Of a stretch of 32,000 nt of DNA, positions 1 through 10,749 are shown in pieces. This stretch comes from Dickeya dadantii NCPPB 898 (GTDB lineage Bacteria > Pseudomonadota > Gammaproteobacteria > Enterobacterales > Enterobacteriaceae): positions 4,147,472 to 4,179,471 of the forward strand of contig NZ_CM001976.1 of NCBI RefSeq assembly GCF_000406145.1. The letters run 5' to 3'. Positions within the stretch are counted from its first letter, which is position 1. Every line of letters starts with the position of its first letter. The position numbers and the translations under genes are program-made. Below the pieces are notes generated by a model. That model saw nothing but the letters and a program-made list of their open reading frames with translations, was not told where the DNA came from and made no database searches.

Positions 1-413
1 ACGCCGTACACGATGGTGGCGTCGAGATCCGGCGCGCCGGGATGGGAGAACAATACTTTTTTCGCTCCCGCCGCCATGTGGGCTTCGCCATCGGCGCGGC
101 TACCGTAGACGCCGCTGCAATCCAGCACAATGTCTACGCCGAGCTCCCCCCACGGCAGGGAACGAAGGTCCGGCTCATGCAGCAGGCGGATAGTGTCATC
201 CCCTACCGACAAGCGATCGCATTCCTGACGCACATCCCACGAAAAACGGCCATGACTGCTGTCGTACTTAAGCAGGTGGGCAATCCCTTCGGCGTTAGCC
301 AGCTCATTTATCGCCACCACCGCGATTTCAGCTCGCCGGCCGGACTCATACAGCGCGCGCAGTACGCTACGACCTATGCGACCAAAACCGTTTATCGCAA
401 TACGGATTGTCAT
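1..413 (-). CDS. epd: Erythrose-4-phosphate dehydrogenase, N-terminal 137 codons; the 3' end runs off the window
   Basis: The reverse-strand ATG at 413..411 opens [59 protein letters not shown]... This is nearly identical to my memory of the E. coli Epd N-terminus (GAPDH-family INGFGRIGR Rossmann motif). It is absent from the ORF track because no stop codon falls inside the window. The + ORF at 42..458 is its antisense shadow. Confidence 0.85.
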   Translation of the reverse strand, partial: MTIRIAINGFGRIGRSVLRALYESGRRAEIAVVAINELANAEGIAHLLKYDSSHGRFSWDVRQECDRLSVGDDTIRLLHEPDLRSLPWGELGVDIVLDCSGVYGSRADGEAHMAAGAKKVLFSHPGAPDLDATIVYG

Positions 414-553
414 GAAATTCCCTGTGTAGTGATAAAAGCATCGCGCATCATAGAATAATCAGTACGTCGTCAGGAATAAACCGCTTGTTGCGCGCGGTGT
501 GCCGCCAATCGGATCCGCCAGGATTCTGACCGCCAAACGCTGTCACACCAACA

Positions 554-569
554 ACTGAAACGCTTCAGC
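554..569 (+). promoter_or_regulatory. Candidate Cra (FruR) operator upstream of epd
   Basis: The sequence is ACTGAAACGCTTCAGC, with inverted arms CTGAA/TTCAG. Its first 14 nt fit the Cra consensus RSTGAAWCSNTHHW (as I remember it) at every position. It lies about 140-155 nt upstream of the epd ATG. Cra control of epd-pgk-fbaA is described for E. coli. Confidence 0.45.
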
Positions 570-681
570 TAGCATAAACGAATTGCCGGTCAAAGGAAAT
601 ATGGCGACAGGGTGGATGCCAGAAGAGTGATCTGCGTCAAAAAATTACCGCACGGTTTGCTACCTAAAAACTGACGAGATC

Positions 682-708
682 AAAAAAGGCCGGGAGACGA
701 TCCCGGCC
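682..708 (-). terminator. Rho-independent terminator of tktA
   Basis: On the minus strand GGCCGGGA-tcgtc-TCCCGGCC is followed by TTTTTT. It lies 30 nt past the tktA stop codon. Confidence 0.85.
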
Positions 709-737
709 TTGCAAGAGAGGCTAACGAAGCGATGTGC

Positions 738-2732
738 TTATTTCAGCAGCGCTTTCGCCTTCGCTACTACGTTGTCGGTGGTGAAACCAAACACGTCGAA
801 CAGTTTTTCTGCCGGCGCGGATTCGCCAAAGCTTTGCATACCGACAATCGCGCCATTCAGACCCACATATTTGTACCAGTAGTCAGCGATGCTGGCTTCG
901 ATCGCCACACGGGCAGCCACAGCAGACGGCAGCACCGCTTCACGGTAGGCCGCGTCTTGTTTGTCGAACGCATCGGTAGACGGCATGGACACCACGCGCG
1001 CCTTGACGCCTTCGTCGGTCAGCTTCTGCCAGGCGGCAACCGCCAGCTCGACTTCGGAACCGGTCGCGATCAGAATCAGCTGCGGCTGGCCGCCGCTGTC
1101 TTTCAGCACGTAGGCGCCTTTGGCGACGTCCGCCAGCTGCTGAGCGGTACGCTCCTGCTGCGCCAGATTCTGACGAGACAGAATCAGCGCGGTCGGGCCG
1201 TCTTTACGCTCAATGGCGTATTTCCAGGCCACCGCGGTTTCTACCTGATCCGCCGGGCGCCAGGTGCTCATGTTCGGCGTTACACGCAGGCTGGCCAGCT
1301 GTTCCACCGGCTGGTGGGTCGGGCCGTCTTCGCCCAGACCGATGGAGTCATGGGTGTAGACATAAATGCTGCGCACTTTCATCAGCGCCGCCATACGCAC
1401 CGCGTTACGGGCATATTCGACGAACATCAGGAAGGTGGCGGTGTACGGCACGAAGCCGCCGTGCAGCGAGATACCGTTGGCGATAGCGGTCATGCCGAAT
1501 TCGCGCACGCCGTAGTGAATGTAGTTGCCCGCCGGGTCTTCATTCAGCGATTTGGAACCGGACCAGATAGTCAGGTTGCTCGGCGCCAGGTCGGCGGAAC
1601 CGCCCAGGAATTCCGGCAGCAGTTTGCCATAGGCTTCCAGCGCGTTCTGCGAGGCTTTACGGCTGGCGATCTTGGCCGGGTTAGCCTGCAGTTGTTCGAT
1701 AACCTTGGCCGACTCCGCCTGCCAGTTGGCCGGCAGTTCGCCGCTCACGCGACGGGTGAATTCGGCAGCCAGTTCCGGATAAGCGCTGGCGTAAGCGTTG
1801 AACGCCTGTTGCCAGGCCGCTTCTTTGCTCTGACCGGCTTTGCGGGCATCCCAGGCGGCGTAAATATCGGCCGGGATTTCAAACGGACCGTATTTCCAGC
1901 CCAGTTGTTCGCGGGTGGCGGCCACTTCGGCGTCGCCCAACGGCGCGCCGTGGGAATCATGGGTACCGGCTTTGTTCGGCGAACCGAAACCGATCACGGT
2001 TTTGCACAGCAGCAGCGACGGTTTGTCGGTCACGCTCTGCGCTTCTTTGATGGCGCGCTGGATAGCGTCGGCGTCGTGGCCGTCAATACCGCGCACCACA
2101 TGCCAACCATAGGCTTCGAAACGAGCAGCGGTATCATCGGTGAACCAGCCTTCGATATGACCGTCGATGGAAATACCGTTGTCATCGTAGAAGGCGACCA
2201 GTTTGCCCAGTTTCAGGGTCCCGGCCAGTGAACAAACTTCATGGGAAATCCCTTCCATCATGCAGCCGTCACCCAGGAACACATAGGTGTGGTGGTCAAC
2301 GATGTCATGACCAGGACGGTTGAACTGCGCCGCCAGCGTGCGCTCGGCAATAGCCATGCCCACGGCGTTGGCAATCCCCTGACCCAGCGGACCGGTGGTG
2401 GTTTCCACGCCCGGCGTATAACCCACTTCCGGGTGGCCCGGCGTTCTGGAGTGCAGCTGGCGGAAGTTTTTCAGTTCTTCGATCGGCAGATCGTAACCGG
2501 TCAGGTGCAGCAGGCTGTAGATCAGCATGGATGCATGGCCGTTGGACAGCACGAAGCGGTCGCGGTTGGCCCAGTGCGGGTTGGCCGGGTTGTGGTTCAG
2601 GTGGTCACGCCACAGTACTTCGGCGATATCCGCCATACCCATCGGTGCGCCCGGATGACCAGATTTGGCCTTCTGCACGCCATCCATACTCAACGCACGG
2701 ATAGCATTGGCAAGTTCTTTACGAGAGGACAT
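738..2732 (-). CDS. tktA: Transketolase (664 aa)
   Basis: The full-length ORF starts [41 protein letters not shown] and is collinear with E. coli TktA (663 aa). Confidence 0.97.
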   Translation of the reverse strand: MSSRKELANAIRALSMDGVQKAKSGHPGAPMGMADIAEVLWRDHLNHNPANPHWANRDRFVLSNGHASMLIYSLLHLTGYDLPIEELKNFRQLHSRTPGHPEVGYTPGVETTTGPLGQGIANAVGMAIAERTLAAQFNRPGHDIVDHHTYVFLGDGCMMEGISHEVCSLAGTLKLGKLVAFYDDNGISIDGHIEGWFTDDTAARFEAYGWHVVRGIDGHDADAIQRAIKEAQSVTDKPSLLLCKTVIGFGSPNKAGTHDSHGAPLGDAEVAATREQLGWKYGPFEIPADIYAAWDARKAGQSKEAAWQQAFNAYASAYPELAAEFTRRVSGELPANWQAESAKVIEQLQANPAKIASRKASQNALEAYGKLLPEFLGGSADLAPSNLTIWSGSKSLNEDPAGNYIHYGVREFGMTAIANGISLHGGFVPYTATFLMFVEYARNAVRMAALMKVRSIYVYTHDSIGLGEDGPTHQPVEQLASLRVTPNMSTWRPADQVETAVAWKYAIERKDGPTALILSRQNLAQQERTAQQLADVAKGAYVLKDSGGQPQLILIATGSEVELAVAAWQKLTDEGVKARVVSMPSTDAFDKQDAAYREAVLPSAVAARVAIEASIADYWYKYVGLNGAIVGMQSFGESAPAEKLFDVFGFTTDNVVAKAKALLK

Positions 2733-2976
2733 GCTTTACTCCAGATCGGATTGAACAGTTGCCTGTCGAACATAAAACATAGTAATCAATGTGTTAGCTC
2801 AAAAAGGCAAAGAAAAGATATCCACAAATGTACATGAAAACCCGGCCGATTGCACATGGAACAGCAAGCGGAAAAAACGTACGGATCTGCTGACACGCAG
2901 GCCGGATAGCAGGCTTTTCTCTTTATCAGGCCGGTTTTATCCGTTCCAGCTCACTCGATGTAGCAGCTTTGCCTGT

Positions 2977-3035
2977 TTATACCCGTCATACTTCACGTTG
3001 CAGGTGCGTTGGCTTTCCTCGCTCGCCCCACCACA
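2977..3035. repeat. Truncated ERIC (IRU) element, one arm only
   Basis: The reverse complement reads TGTGGTGGGGCGAGCGAGGAAAGCCAACGCACCTGCAACGTGAAGTATGACGGGTATAA. This matches my memory of the outer arm of the ERIC consensus (..GGGGTGAGCG...GCAGCCAACGCA.CTGCAACTTGAAGTATGACGGGTATAA). The central core and the second arm are missing. Confidence 0.55.
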
Positions 3036-3047
3036 GACAGATGATGT

Positions 3048-3077
3048 AAAAAGGGGCGTCCTGTTGGATGCCCCTTT
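3048..3077 (-). terminator. Rho-independent terminator of tsgA
   Basis: The minus strand reads AAAGGGGCATC-caacag-GACGCCCCTTT followed by a T-run. It starts about 27 nt after the tsgA stop codon. Confidence 0.75.
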
Positions 3078-3103
3078 GACATTATTGCCGAAAATCATCG
3101 CGA

Positions 3104-4297
3104 TTAATGCGCGGCGGCCTCATGCCCGTGCTGGCGGTGACGGGTCACCAGCCCCAGCAGGAAGCACATGACGAACACCACAAAATACAGACCATTGGCG
3201 GTCACCAGCGCGGCATGCACGCCAAAATGCTGCACGATCGGCCCGGTGACGATAAAGGTCAACATGGTCCCGACCGTTCCGCAGGTCAGAATGAAGTTCA
3301 CCAGCTTCGGCGACGGTACTCTGGTCTGCTGGGAGCCCAAAGTAATCAGCGTGGTGTAGATAGCGCTGGAAATAAAGCCCAGGCCGAAAATGAAGTATTT
3401 CAGCAGTTGAGGCTGATCGCTGCTCACGAACAGGTACATCGCCCCCGCGGCCAAAATCGCCAGTACGGTAACCACACGCTGCAAATCAAAGAACTTGAGC
3501 ACGAAGCTAAAGACCCACATGCCAATCATGTATGACGTCCAGAAACTGCTGACCAGTTCGCCGGCATCGCCGATGCTCATGCCAAAGGATTTGGTCACAT
3601 ACTCCGGCACCCACTGGATAAACGCCAGTTGTCCCAGGATGTAGCACAGCGCCGCGATCGACAGAAACACCACGCCCATGCCCCATTTTTCCGCCTCGAC
3701 GGCCGTTTTCTGAGCGCTGGTTTTATCCGTGCCGATGGCAGGAAAATCCGACAACAGCGTCAGTACCAGAATCGCCACATACAGCAGCCCGATACAGGCG
3801 TAAATCCAGTACCAACCGAAATGACGGGACAGTAACGCCGCGGCCACAATCGGGAAAATCATGCCGGCCATGCTGAAAAACGAATCGGTGAACAGCAGAC
3901 GGGCGCCGCGCTGACGGCCGGAATAGAGCTGCGTAATCAGGAAGGTGCCGATCGACATGGTGATGCCGCTGACCACGCCCAGCGTAAACATACAGGCGGA
4001 AAAGACAGCCAGCGATTTACCCACGAACAGCCCGATGATCGACAAGACGATCAGAATAAAACCGAAGACCAGCTGTTTTTTCAGCGGGAAGATATCCATC
4101 AGCCACACATTGAGGAAAATGGACAGCAAAATACCGGCGTTCAGAAACGTAAAGGTATTGCTCATATTGGCTATCGGCACATTGAAATACTGAGCGATAT
4201 CACCCATGACCATGCCGGTCACGATAACCAGCGCGCCGGTCAACGCATAAGAAAAGCAACTGGTAAAAAACAGCCGCTGACGATTGAGATCAGACAT
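3104..4297 (-). CDS. tsgA: MFS-family membrane protein TsgA (397 aa)
   Basis: The protein contains ..[49 protein letters not shown].. and ..[15 protein letters not shown].., and it ends RHRQH... It is collinear with E. coli TsgA as I recall it. It is hydrophobic throughout, consistent with multiple membrane spans. Confidence 0.85.
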   Translation of the reverse strand: MSDLNRQRLFFTSCFSYALTGALVIVTGMVMGDIAQYFNVPIANMSNTFTFLNAGILLSIFLNVWLMDIFPLKKQLVFGFILIVLSIIGLFVGKSLAVFSACMFTLGVVSGITMSIGTFLITQLYSGRQRGARLLFTDSFFSMAGMIFPIVAAALLSRHFGWYWIYACIGLLYVAILVLTLLSDFPAIGTDKTSAQKTAVEAEKWGMGVVFLSIAALCYILGQLAFIQWVPEYVTKSFGMSIGDAGELVSSFWTSYMIGMWVFSFVLKFFDLQRVVTVLAILAAGAMYLFVSSDQPQLLKYFIFGLGFISSAIYTTLITLGSQQTRVPSPKLVNFILTCGTVGTMLTFIVTGPIVQHFGVHAALVTANGLYFVVFVMCFLLGLVTRHRQHGHEAAAH

Positions 4298-4474
4298 ATA
4301 TCATTCCTGTCATAAACATGAAAAACGCCATCCCGATACGGGATTCAGTATCGAAATAATGCGCAACCCCTAATCAGAGTGTTTATCTGGCCGCGATATC
4401 TTACGATAGTGCCAACCCATTATTCTGACTCCGCAGCAGGCCTCGCTACCCGATCAGGCATTCTGCCGCCCCTG

Positions 4475-4515
4475 AAAAAGAAAAAGGTTGAGTACCTCAT
4501 CAGTACCCAACCTTT
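4475..4515 (-). terminator. Rho-independent terminator of speA
   Basis: The minus strand reads AAAGGTTGGGTAC-tgatgag-GTACTCAACCTTT followed by TTTCTTTTT. It begins 13 nt after the speA stop codon. Confidence 0.8.
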
Positions 4516-4527
4516 CCGTACGAAATA

Positions 4528-6504
4528 TTATTCGTCTTCCAGATACGTATAACCGTACAAGCCGGTTTCAAATTCTTCAAGGAATTGCGCTTGCAGTTCC
4601 GGCGCCAGATCGGTTTCCTTGACCTGATCGCGGAAGCGGGACATCAGCACGTCCGGGTCCAACTGCACATATTCCAGCATATCGGCCACGGTGTTGCCTT
4701 CGTCCGACTCTTCCAGCTCGACGGTGCCGTCCTGGAACACGAACACGTCCACGGTGGAAGTGTCGCCGAACAGGTTATGCATGTTGCCGAGAATTTCCTG
4801 ATAAGCGCCAACCATGAAAAAGCCCAGCAGCGGCGGGTTTTCAGGGTCGTACGGCGGCATCGGCATAGTGGTGGCGACGCCGTCGCCGTCCACATAGTGA
4901 TCGATGGCGCCGTCGGAGTCACAGGTAATATCCAGCAGCACCGCGCGACGCTGCGGCGGCTTATCCAGCCCTTCCAGCGGCAGTACCGGGAACAACTGGT
5001 CGATCCCCCAGGCATCCGGCATTGACTGGAACAGCGAGAAGTTGACGTACAGCTTGTCCGCCATGCGTTCCTGCAATTCATCAATGATCGGCCGGTGGGC
5101 GCGGTTGCTCGGGTCAAGCTGCTGCTGAATCTGCTGACAGATATTGAGATACAGCTGCTCGGCCTGCGCGCGTTGAGTCAAATCCAGCATGCCGTGAGTG
5201 TATTGGGTGTGGATGTCGTGCAGGTCCATCTGGCTGTCGTGCAGCCACTCGCGCAGAGAACGACGGTTGCCCGGCTCCTTGATTTCCTGCCAGGTATTCC
5301 ACAGGCTTTCCAGCGCGCGCGGCGCGTCTTCATCCGGCGCCACCGGTTCGCTGAATTCGTTGCGCTCCACCCCGATGATGTTGGACACCAGTACGGTGTG
5401 ATGCGCGGTGACGGCACGTCCGGACTCGGTAATCACCGTCGGATGCGGCAGGCCGTATTCGTTACAGGCGTCGCCGATACCCCAGATAACGTTGTTGGCG
5501 TATTCGTTCAAGCCGTAGTTGACCGAACAGTCCGACTGGGAACGAGTTCCTTCATAATCGACGCCCAGACCGCCGCCCACGTCAAAGCACTGGATGTTGA
5601 CGCCCAGCTTGTGCAGTTCGACGTAGAAACGCGCCGATTCACGCACGCCGGTCGCGATATCGCGGATGTTCGCCAGCTGCGAACCGAGGTGGAAGTGCAG
5701 CAGTTGCAGGCTGTCGAGGCGGTTGGCCTTGCGCAGCAGCTCCACCAGTTGCAGTACCTGCGTCGCCGCCAGGCCGAACTTGGATTTCTCGCCGCCGCTC
5801 GACTGCCATTTGCCGGAACCCTGTGATGCCAGGCGAGCACGCACGCCCAAGCGCGGCACCACGTTCAGCCGTTCGGCCTCCTCCAGCACCATATTGATTT
5901 CCGACATCTTTTCGATGACCAGATACACCTTGTGGCCCAGCTTTTCGCCGATCAGCGCCAGACGGATGTACTCGCGATCTTTATAGCCGTTGCAGACGAT
6001 TACGGAGCGGGTCATACCGGCGTGGCCCAGCACCGCCATCAGTTCGGCTTTGGAACCCGCTTCCAGCCCCAACGGTTCGCCGGAATTGATCAGGGATTCA
6101 ATCACGCGGCGATGCTGGTTAACTTTGATGGGATATACCAGGAAATAGCCGCCTTCATAACCGAAGGACTCACGCGCGCGTTTGAACGCCGCGTTGATGG
6201 AGCGCAGACGGTGCTGCAGAATCTGCGGGAAGCAGAACAACGCCGGCAGGCGCTGATTGTTCTGCTGACGGGTTTTCACCAGCTTGGCCAGGTCAACGCG
6301 CGCTTCCGGCACATCCGGATCCGGACACACGCTGATGTGCCCCAGCTCGTTGACGTCGTAATAGTTATTACCCCACCAGGCAATGTTATAGGTTCTCAGC
6401 ATCTCACTGGCGTCGCGGTCATTCATGGCTACCTCCTGCATGGAGCGCAGATGATCGTGTTTACCCGCCGCTGACGAGTACGGTTGAATCATATCGTCAG
6501 ACAT
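4528..6504 (-). CDS. speA: Biosynthetic arginine decarboxylase (658 aa)
   Basis: The protein runs from MSDDM...LRSMQEVAM...[38 protein letters not shown] to ...[11 protein letters not shown]. It has the same length as E. coli SpeA and is near-identical to it. Confidence 0.97.
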   Translation of the reverse strand: MSDDMIQPYSSAAGKHDHLRSMQEVAMNDRDASEMLRTYNIAWWGNNYYDVNELGHISVCPDPDVPEARVDLAKLVKTRQQNNQRLPALFCFPQILQHRLRSINAAFKRARESFGYEGGYFLVYPIKVNQHRRVIESLINSGEPLGLEAGSKAELMAVLGHAGMTRSVIVCNGYKDREYIRLALIGEKLGHKVYLVIEKMSEINMVLEEAERLNVVPRLGVRARLASQGSGKWQSSGGEKSKFGLAATQVLQLVELLRKANRLDSLQLLHFHLGSQLANIRDIATGVRESARFYVELHKLGVNIQCFDVGGGLGVDYEGTRSQSDCSVNYGLNEYANNVIWGIGDACNEYGLPHPTVITESGRAVTAHHTVLVSNIIGVERNEFSEPVAPDEDAPRALESLWNTWQEIKEPGNRRSLREWLHDSQMDLHDIHTQYTHGMLDLTQRAQAEQLYLNICQQIQQQLDPSNRAHRPIIDELQERMADKLYVNFSLFQSMPDAWGIDQLFPVLPLEGLDKPPQRRAVLLDITCDSDGAIDHYVDGDGVATTMPMPPYDPENPPLLGFFMVGAYQEILGNMHNLFGDTSTVDVFVFQDGTVELEESDEGNTVADMLEYVQLDPDVLMSRFRDQVKETDLAPELQAQFLEEFETGLYGYTYLEDE

Positions 6505-7209
6505 GGCGATCCCCTTCTTCCACTTCTTGATGAATAATCACATTTTTTCCCGCAACAAACACCGGCGACACGGCAAAAGCGTGCAACGCCGGCAGTGAAA
6601 AACCCGACGGGCAGTAGTATGCCGCCGTTTTATGACTCTTATTAGTGTAAAACACGATGTCAGACTCCGAGGTTCGGGTCGGTGAAAACCAGGGAAAACA
6701 TCACCAGGAAGAATGCAAACGCATTCACTGGCGCGGAGAAAAAAGCAGGTTAGCCAGCTCGGGAATCCTGCGTTGCGCTGCGGGACAGGCAACTTCGGGC
6801 AAATGGCGGAAAGGATTGAGTCAGTGACGCGATGGCGTCGGAAGAAAAGCGCAGCGGGCGCAACTCACTCAATAAACAACGGATCATTAATCCTATCACC
6901 TCCACGCTCGCCGCAGATGATGCGGTCAGGCCATCAAGAAAAACCATCGGGAAAATGGTCGAACAGTATCAGGCCGAACCCCGTCGCCGACACCCGCAAA
7001 TCCCTTTGGATAAGCGCTGCGCCGCGTGCCGGAACCGCCCGAATGACGGACAACAAAACCGCCCGCCGTTTATACCTATCCGCCCCCGGAAAAGCAAAAT
7101 GAAAATGGTAAAAAACCCTATCATTTCTACAAAAGATGCCGATGAACATCTTCAACCAGTCTGTGCGGCATAAAAACTGCTGGCATGGGGCTACAGTGTG
7201 ACCTAGAAT

Positions 7210-7233
7210 AGCCGTCCAGATGTTAATCCATCT
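7210..7233 (+). promoter_or_regulatory. Candidate MetJ operator (three tandem degenerate met boxes)
   Basis: AGCCGTCC AGATGTTA ATCCATCT are three contiguous 8-mers matching AGACGTCT at 6/8, 5/8 and 5/8. They lie 57-80 nt upstream of the metK ATG. metK belongs to the MetJ regulon in E. coli. Confidence 0.4.
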
Positions 7234-7289
7234 ATACTGATTAACTGATAAATTGCTTAACGGCTTTAGCTTATAAGGTAAAGAAACTC

Positions 7290-8444
7290 ATGGCTAAACA
7301 CCTTTTTACGTCCGAGTCGGTCTCCGAAGGACATCCTGATAAAATCGCTGACCAGATTTCCGACGCCGTCCTTGACGCGATTCTGGAGCAGGACCCCAAA
7401 GCGCGAGTCGCCTGCGAAACTTACGTAAAAACCGGTATGGTGTTAGTTGGTGGCGAAATTACCACCAGCGCCTGGGTGGATATCGAAGAGATTACGCGCC
7501 GCACCGTACGCGACATTGGCTACGTCAACTCCGAGATGGGCTTTGACGCCAACTCCTGCGCCGTACTGAGCGCCATCGGCAAACAGTCTCCGGACATCAA
7601 CCAGGGCGTTGACCGTAAGGACCCGCTGGAACAAGGCGCGGGCGACCAGGGCCTGATGTTCGGCTATGCCACCAACGAAACCGACGTGCTGATGCCGGCG
7701 CCGATCACTTACGCGCACCGTCTGGTGCAGCGTCAGTCCGAAGTGCGTAAAAACGGCACCCTGCCGTGGCTGCGCCCGGACGCCAAAAGCCAGGTGACCT
7801 TCGCGTACGACAACGGCAAGATCGTCGGCATCGATGCGGTGGTGCTGTCTACCCAGCATTCGGAATCCATCGCGCAGAAAGATCTGCAGGAAGCGGTAAT
7901 GGAAGAGATCATCAAGCCGGTTCTGCCGTCTGAATGGCTCTCCGCCAACACCAAATACTTCATCAACCCGACCGGCCGTTTCGTGATCGGCGGCCCAATG
8001 GGCGACTGCGGCCTGACCGGTCGTAAAATCATCGTCGATACCTACGGCGGCGCAGCGCGTCACGGCGGCGGCGCATTCTCCGGCAAGGACCCGTCCAAAG
8101 TGGACCGTTCCGCCGCCTACGCCGCCCGTTATGTGGCGAAGAACATCGTGGCCGCCGGCCTGGCGGACCGCTGTGAAATTCAGGTGTCCTACGCTATCGG
8201 TGTAGCGGAACCGACCTCCATCATGGTGGAAACCTTCGGAACCGAGAAAGTGTCCAGCGACCGTCTGGTCGACCTGGTGCGCCAGTTCTTCGATCTGCGC
8301 CCGTACGGCCTGATCCAGATGCTGGACTTGCTGCACCCGATCTACCAGCAAACCGCGGCTTACGGTCACTTTGGCCGTGCGGAATTCCCGTGGGAAAAAA
8401 CCGACGTGGCGGAAAAACTGCGTGATGCCGCCGGCCTGAAATAA
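7290..8444 (+). CDS. metK: S-adenosylmethionine synthase (384 aa)
   Basis: The protein starts [32 protein letters not shown] and ends ..GLK. It has the same length as E. coli MetK and is near-identical to it. Confidence 0.98.
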   Translation: MAKHLFTSESVSEGHPDKIADQISDAVLDAILEQDPKARVACETYVKTGMVLVGGEITTSAWVDIEEITRRTVRDIGYVNSEMGFDANSCAVLSAIGKQSPDINQGVDRKDPLEQGAGDQGLMFGYATNETDVLMPAPITYAHRLVQRQSEVRKNGTLPWLRPDAKSQVTFAYDNGKIVGIDAVVLSTQHSESIAQKDLQEAVMEEIIKPVLPSEWLSANTKYFINPTGRFVIGGPMGDCGLTGRKIIVDTYGGAARHGGGAFSGKDPSKVDRSAAYAARYVAKNIVAAGLADRCEIQVSYAIGVAEPTSIMVETFGTEKVSSDRLVDLVRQFFDLRPYGLIQMLDLLHPIYQQTAAYGHFGRAEFPWEKTDVAEKLRDAAGLK

Positions 8445-8475
8445 TCGACCCGCGACCCGCACTGTCATGCCACAC

Positions 8476-8503
8476 GGCGAAGCCTCTGCTTCGCCGTTTT
8501 TTT
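8476..8503 (+). terminator. Rho-independent terminator of metK
   Basis: GGCGAAGC-ctct-GCTTCGCC is followed by G and then seven T residues. Confidence 0.9.
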
Positions 8504-8563
8504 ATTGTCGCGCCGCCGACGGGCGTTATTGCATCCGGCTCGTCCAGACCGTAAGCTGCCAGC

Positions 8564-9076
8564 ATGAACACGCCACGACTCCCTATCGCCCTGCAGCAAG
8601 CGGTGATGCGCTGTTTGCGGGAAAAACTCCAGCAGGCCAATACCGCGTTGGGCAGTGATTACCCCGAACCCGCCGTCAACTATCAGCAACGCGGTTCCAC
8701 CGCCGGCAGCGCCTGGCTGAAAGAGTGGGAAATCCGCCTCAACCCGGTGTTGCTGCGGGAAAACCAGCAGGCGTTTATCGATGAAGTCGTCCCGCATGAA
8801 CTGGCGCATCTGTTGGTATACGCCCGTTTCGGCAAAGCGGCGCCGCATGGCCGGGAATGGCGCTGGATGATGGAAAGCGTGCTGAACGTACCCGCCCGCC
8901 GTACCCACCAGTTTGCGCTTGCCTCGGTACAGGGCAAAACCTTCCCTTATCAGTGCGCCTGCCGCCGGCACGAACTCACCCTGCGTCGTCACAACCGGGT
9001 CGTCCGGGGCGAATCGGAATACCGTTGCCGGTCTTGCGGCGAACGGTTACGCGCCCTCGTAACAAACTCTGTTTAA
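8564..9076 (+). CDS. sprT: SprT-family zinc metalloprotease-like protein (170 aa)
   Basis: The protein contains [22 protein letters not shown].., the HELAH (HExxH) motif and C-terminal Cys pairs. It is collinear with E. coli SprT (YggI), and the sprT-endA-rsmE-gshB order is conserved. Confidence 0.9.
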   Translation: MNTPRLPIALQQAVMRCLREKLQQANTALGSDYPEPAVNYQQRGSTAGSAWLKEWEIRLNPVLLRENQQAFIDEVVPHELAHLLVYARFGKAAPHGREWRWMMESVLNVPARRTHQFALASVQGKTFPYQCACRRHELTLRRHNRVVRGESEYRCRSCGERLRALVTNSV

Positions 9077-9175
9077 ACCAGAAATTCAGCGTTTCATGCT
9101 GCCTTTTTTACGTTTGCCTGCATGGTGTTCTTCAGGTACGCTGCCCACTTTCAACCCTGCTGGTGATTCTGGAAT

Positions 9176-9874
9176 ATGCTTCGCAATCTTGTCATTTTCG
9201 CTGTGTTGGGCGCGGGCCTGACGACGCTGGCCGCCGCCGGTCAGGACATCAACAACTTTACGCAGGCCAAGGCCGCCGCCGCCAAAATCCATCAGGATGC
9301 GCCCGGTACCTTCTATTGCGGCTGTAAGATCAACTGGCAGGGCAAAAAAGGGACGCCGGACCTGGCTTCCTGCGGCTACCAGGTTCGCAAAGACGTCAAC
9401 CGCGCCAACCGCATCGAGTGGGAGCACGTGGTGCCGGCGTGGCAGTTTGGTCACCAGCGCCAGTGCTGGCAGGACGGCGGCCGTAAGAACTGCACCAAAG
9501 ACGATGTTTACCGCCAGATAGAAACCGATTTGCACAACCTACAGCCGGCGATTGGCGAAGTGAACGGCGATCGCGGCAACTTTATGTACAGCCAGTGGAA
9601 TGGCGGCGAGCGTCAGTACGGCCAGTGCGAAATGAAGATTGATTTTAAAAGCCAACTGGCGGAGCCGCCCGAACGCGCCCGCGGCGCCATCGCCCGCACC
9701 TATTTTTATATGCGCGACCGTTACAACCTGAACCTGTCCCGCCAGCAAACCCAGCTGTTTGACGCCTGGAACAAGCAGTATCCGGCCACCACGTGGGAGT
9801 GCACCCGCGAAAAACGCATCGCCGCCGTACAGGGCAACCACAACCCGTATGTGCAACAGGCTTGCCAGCCCTGA
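9176..9874 (+). CDS. endA: Periplasmic endonuclease I (232 aa)
   Basis: An N-terminal signal-like segment is followed by ..[57 protein letters not shown], matching E. coli EndA. Confidence 0.95.
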   Translation: MLRNLVIFAVLGAGLTTLAAAGQDINNFTQAKAAAAKIHQDAPGTFYCGCKINWQGKKGTPDLASCGYQVRKDVNRANRIEWEHVVPAWQFGHQRQCWQDGGRKNCTKDDVYRQIETDLHNLQPAIGEVNGDRGNFMYSQWNGGERQYGQCEMKIDFKSQLAEPPERARGAIARTYFYMRDRYNLNLSRQQTQLFDAWNKQYPATTWECTREKRIAAVQGNHNPYVQQACQP

Positions 9875-10003
9875 CGCCGCTCCCTACTATAACGGCTTGT
9901 CTCTTATAATGATTGCCGCTGTCGCCACCGTCGCTGTACGGTGGCTGACGCCCGCCGGGCCATTCGCCCCTCCGACTGATAACCAGGTAAGGCCAGATTA
10001 TTC

Positions 10004-10738
10004 ATGCGAATACCGCGCATTTTCCATCCCGATACGCTTGCCCCGCAGGGGGGAGAGACAGATCTGAGCGAAGACGCCGCCAATCATGTGGGCCGGGTGC
10101 TTCGCATGAGCGCCGGGCAGGCGCTGCAACTGTTCGACGGCAGCAATCAGGTATTTGACGCCGAGATTGTGCAGGCAGGGAAAAAAAACGTGCGGGTCCG
10201 TTACGCTGCCGGACAAACTGAAAACCGAGAGTCGCCGCTGCACCTGCATCTGGGTCAGGTGATGTCGCGCGGCGAGAAAATGGAATTCACCATCCAAAAA
10301 TCCATTGAACTGGGGGTTAACGTCATCACCCCGCTGCTCTCTGAACGCTGCGGCGTCAAACTGGACGGTGAACGACTGGAGAAGAAAATCGCCCAGTGGC
10401 AGAAAATCGCCATTGCCGCCTGCGAACAATGCGGCAGAAACCGCGTGCCGGAAATTCGCCCCGTCCAGACGCTGAAAAGCTGGTGCGCGGAACCGGACAA
10501 TGGGTTAAAACTGAATCTGCATCCGCGGGCGGCGCACAGTATCAACACGCTGCCGTTGCCGGTATCGCGCATTCGGCTGTTGATTGGCCCGGAAGGCGGG
10601 TTATCGGCGGACGAAATCGCCATGACCGCAACTCAAGGTTTTACTGATATTCTGCTGGGGCCTCGCGTTCTGCGTACAGAAACCACCGCGCTCACCGCAA
10701 TCACCGCGTTGCAGGTACGATTCGGCGATCTGGGGTAA
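10004..10738 (+). CDS. rsmE: 16S rRNA m3U1498 methyltransferase (244 aa)
   Basis: The protein runs [66 protein letters not shown], matching E. coli RsmE. Confidence 0.95.
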   Translation: MRIPRIFHPDTLAPQGGETDLSEDAANHVGRVLRMSAGQALQLFDGSNQVFDAEIVQAGKKNVRVRYAAGQTENRESPLHLHLGQVMSRGEKMEFTIQKSIELGVNVITPLLSERCGVKLDGERLEKKIAQWQKIAIAACEQCGRNRVPEIRPVQTLKSWCAEPDNGLKLNLHPRAAHSINTLPLPVSRIRLLIGPEGGLSADEIAMTATQGFTDILLGPRVLRTETTALTAITALQVRFGDLG

Positions 10739-10749
10739 AGGAGATAACA

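Noticed and set aside
42-458. A 138-aa + strand ORF at the window start.
   Set aside because: It lies opposite the clearly recognisable epd N-terminus on the minus strand, so it is a shadow frame.
732-2231. A 499-aa + strand ORF, plus 1915..2112 and 2241..2837, overlapping tktA.
   Set aside because: They are antisense shadow ORFs of a highly conserved GC-rich gene. Their products are Arg/Gly/His-rich low-complexity sequences with no recognisable motif.
2791-3171. A 126-aa + ORF across the tktA-tsgA intergenic region.
   Set aside because: It runs through the ERIC fragment and the tsgA terminator and into the antisense strand of tsgA, so it is not credible.
6538-7173. A cluster of overlapping ORFs (6538..6792 -, 6713..7102 +, 6750..6947 -, 6832..7173 +, 6934..7155 -) in the speA-metK spacer.
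   Set aside because: They overlap one another in several frames, are Arg/Pro/Cys-rich, and have no ribosome-binding sites or recognisable motifs. I treat the region as non-coding.
7174-7289. A possible SAM riboswitch in the metK leader.
   Set aside because: The leader is too short, and I see none of the conserved SAM-I helices. Enterobacteria regulate met genes through MetJ, and degenerate met boxes are present instead.
7443-8468. Long antisense ORFs opposite metK (341 aa). Equivalent cases lie opposite fbp (12875..13876), purA (15972..16679), hflK (18390..19466), hflC (17502..18164), speA (5095..5826, 5932..6474), ruvX (12124..12807), mutL (22681..23253, 23639..24184) and nnr (26306..26836, 27276..27809).
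   Set aside because: Each overlaps a gene with a near-identical E. coli orthologue on the other strand. The translated sequences are Arg/Ala/Gly/His-rich, which is typical of stop-poor antisense frames in high-GC DNA.
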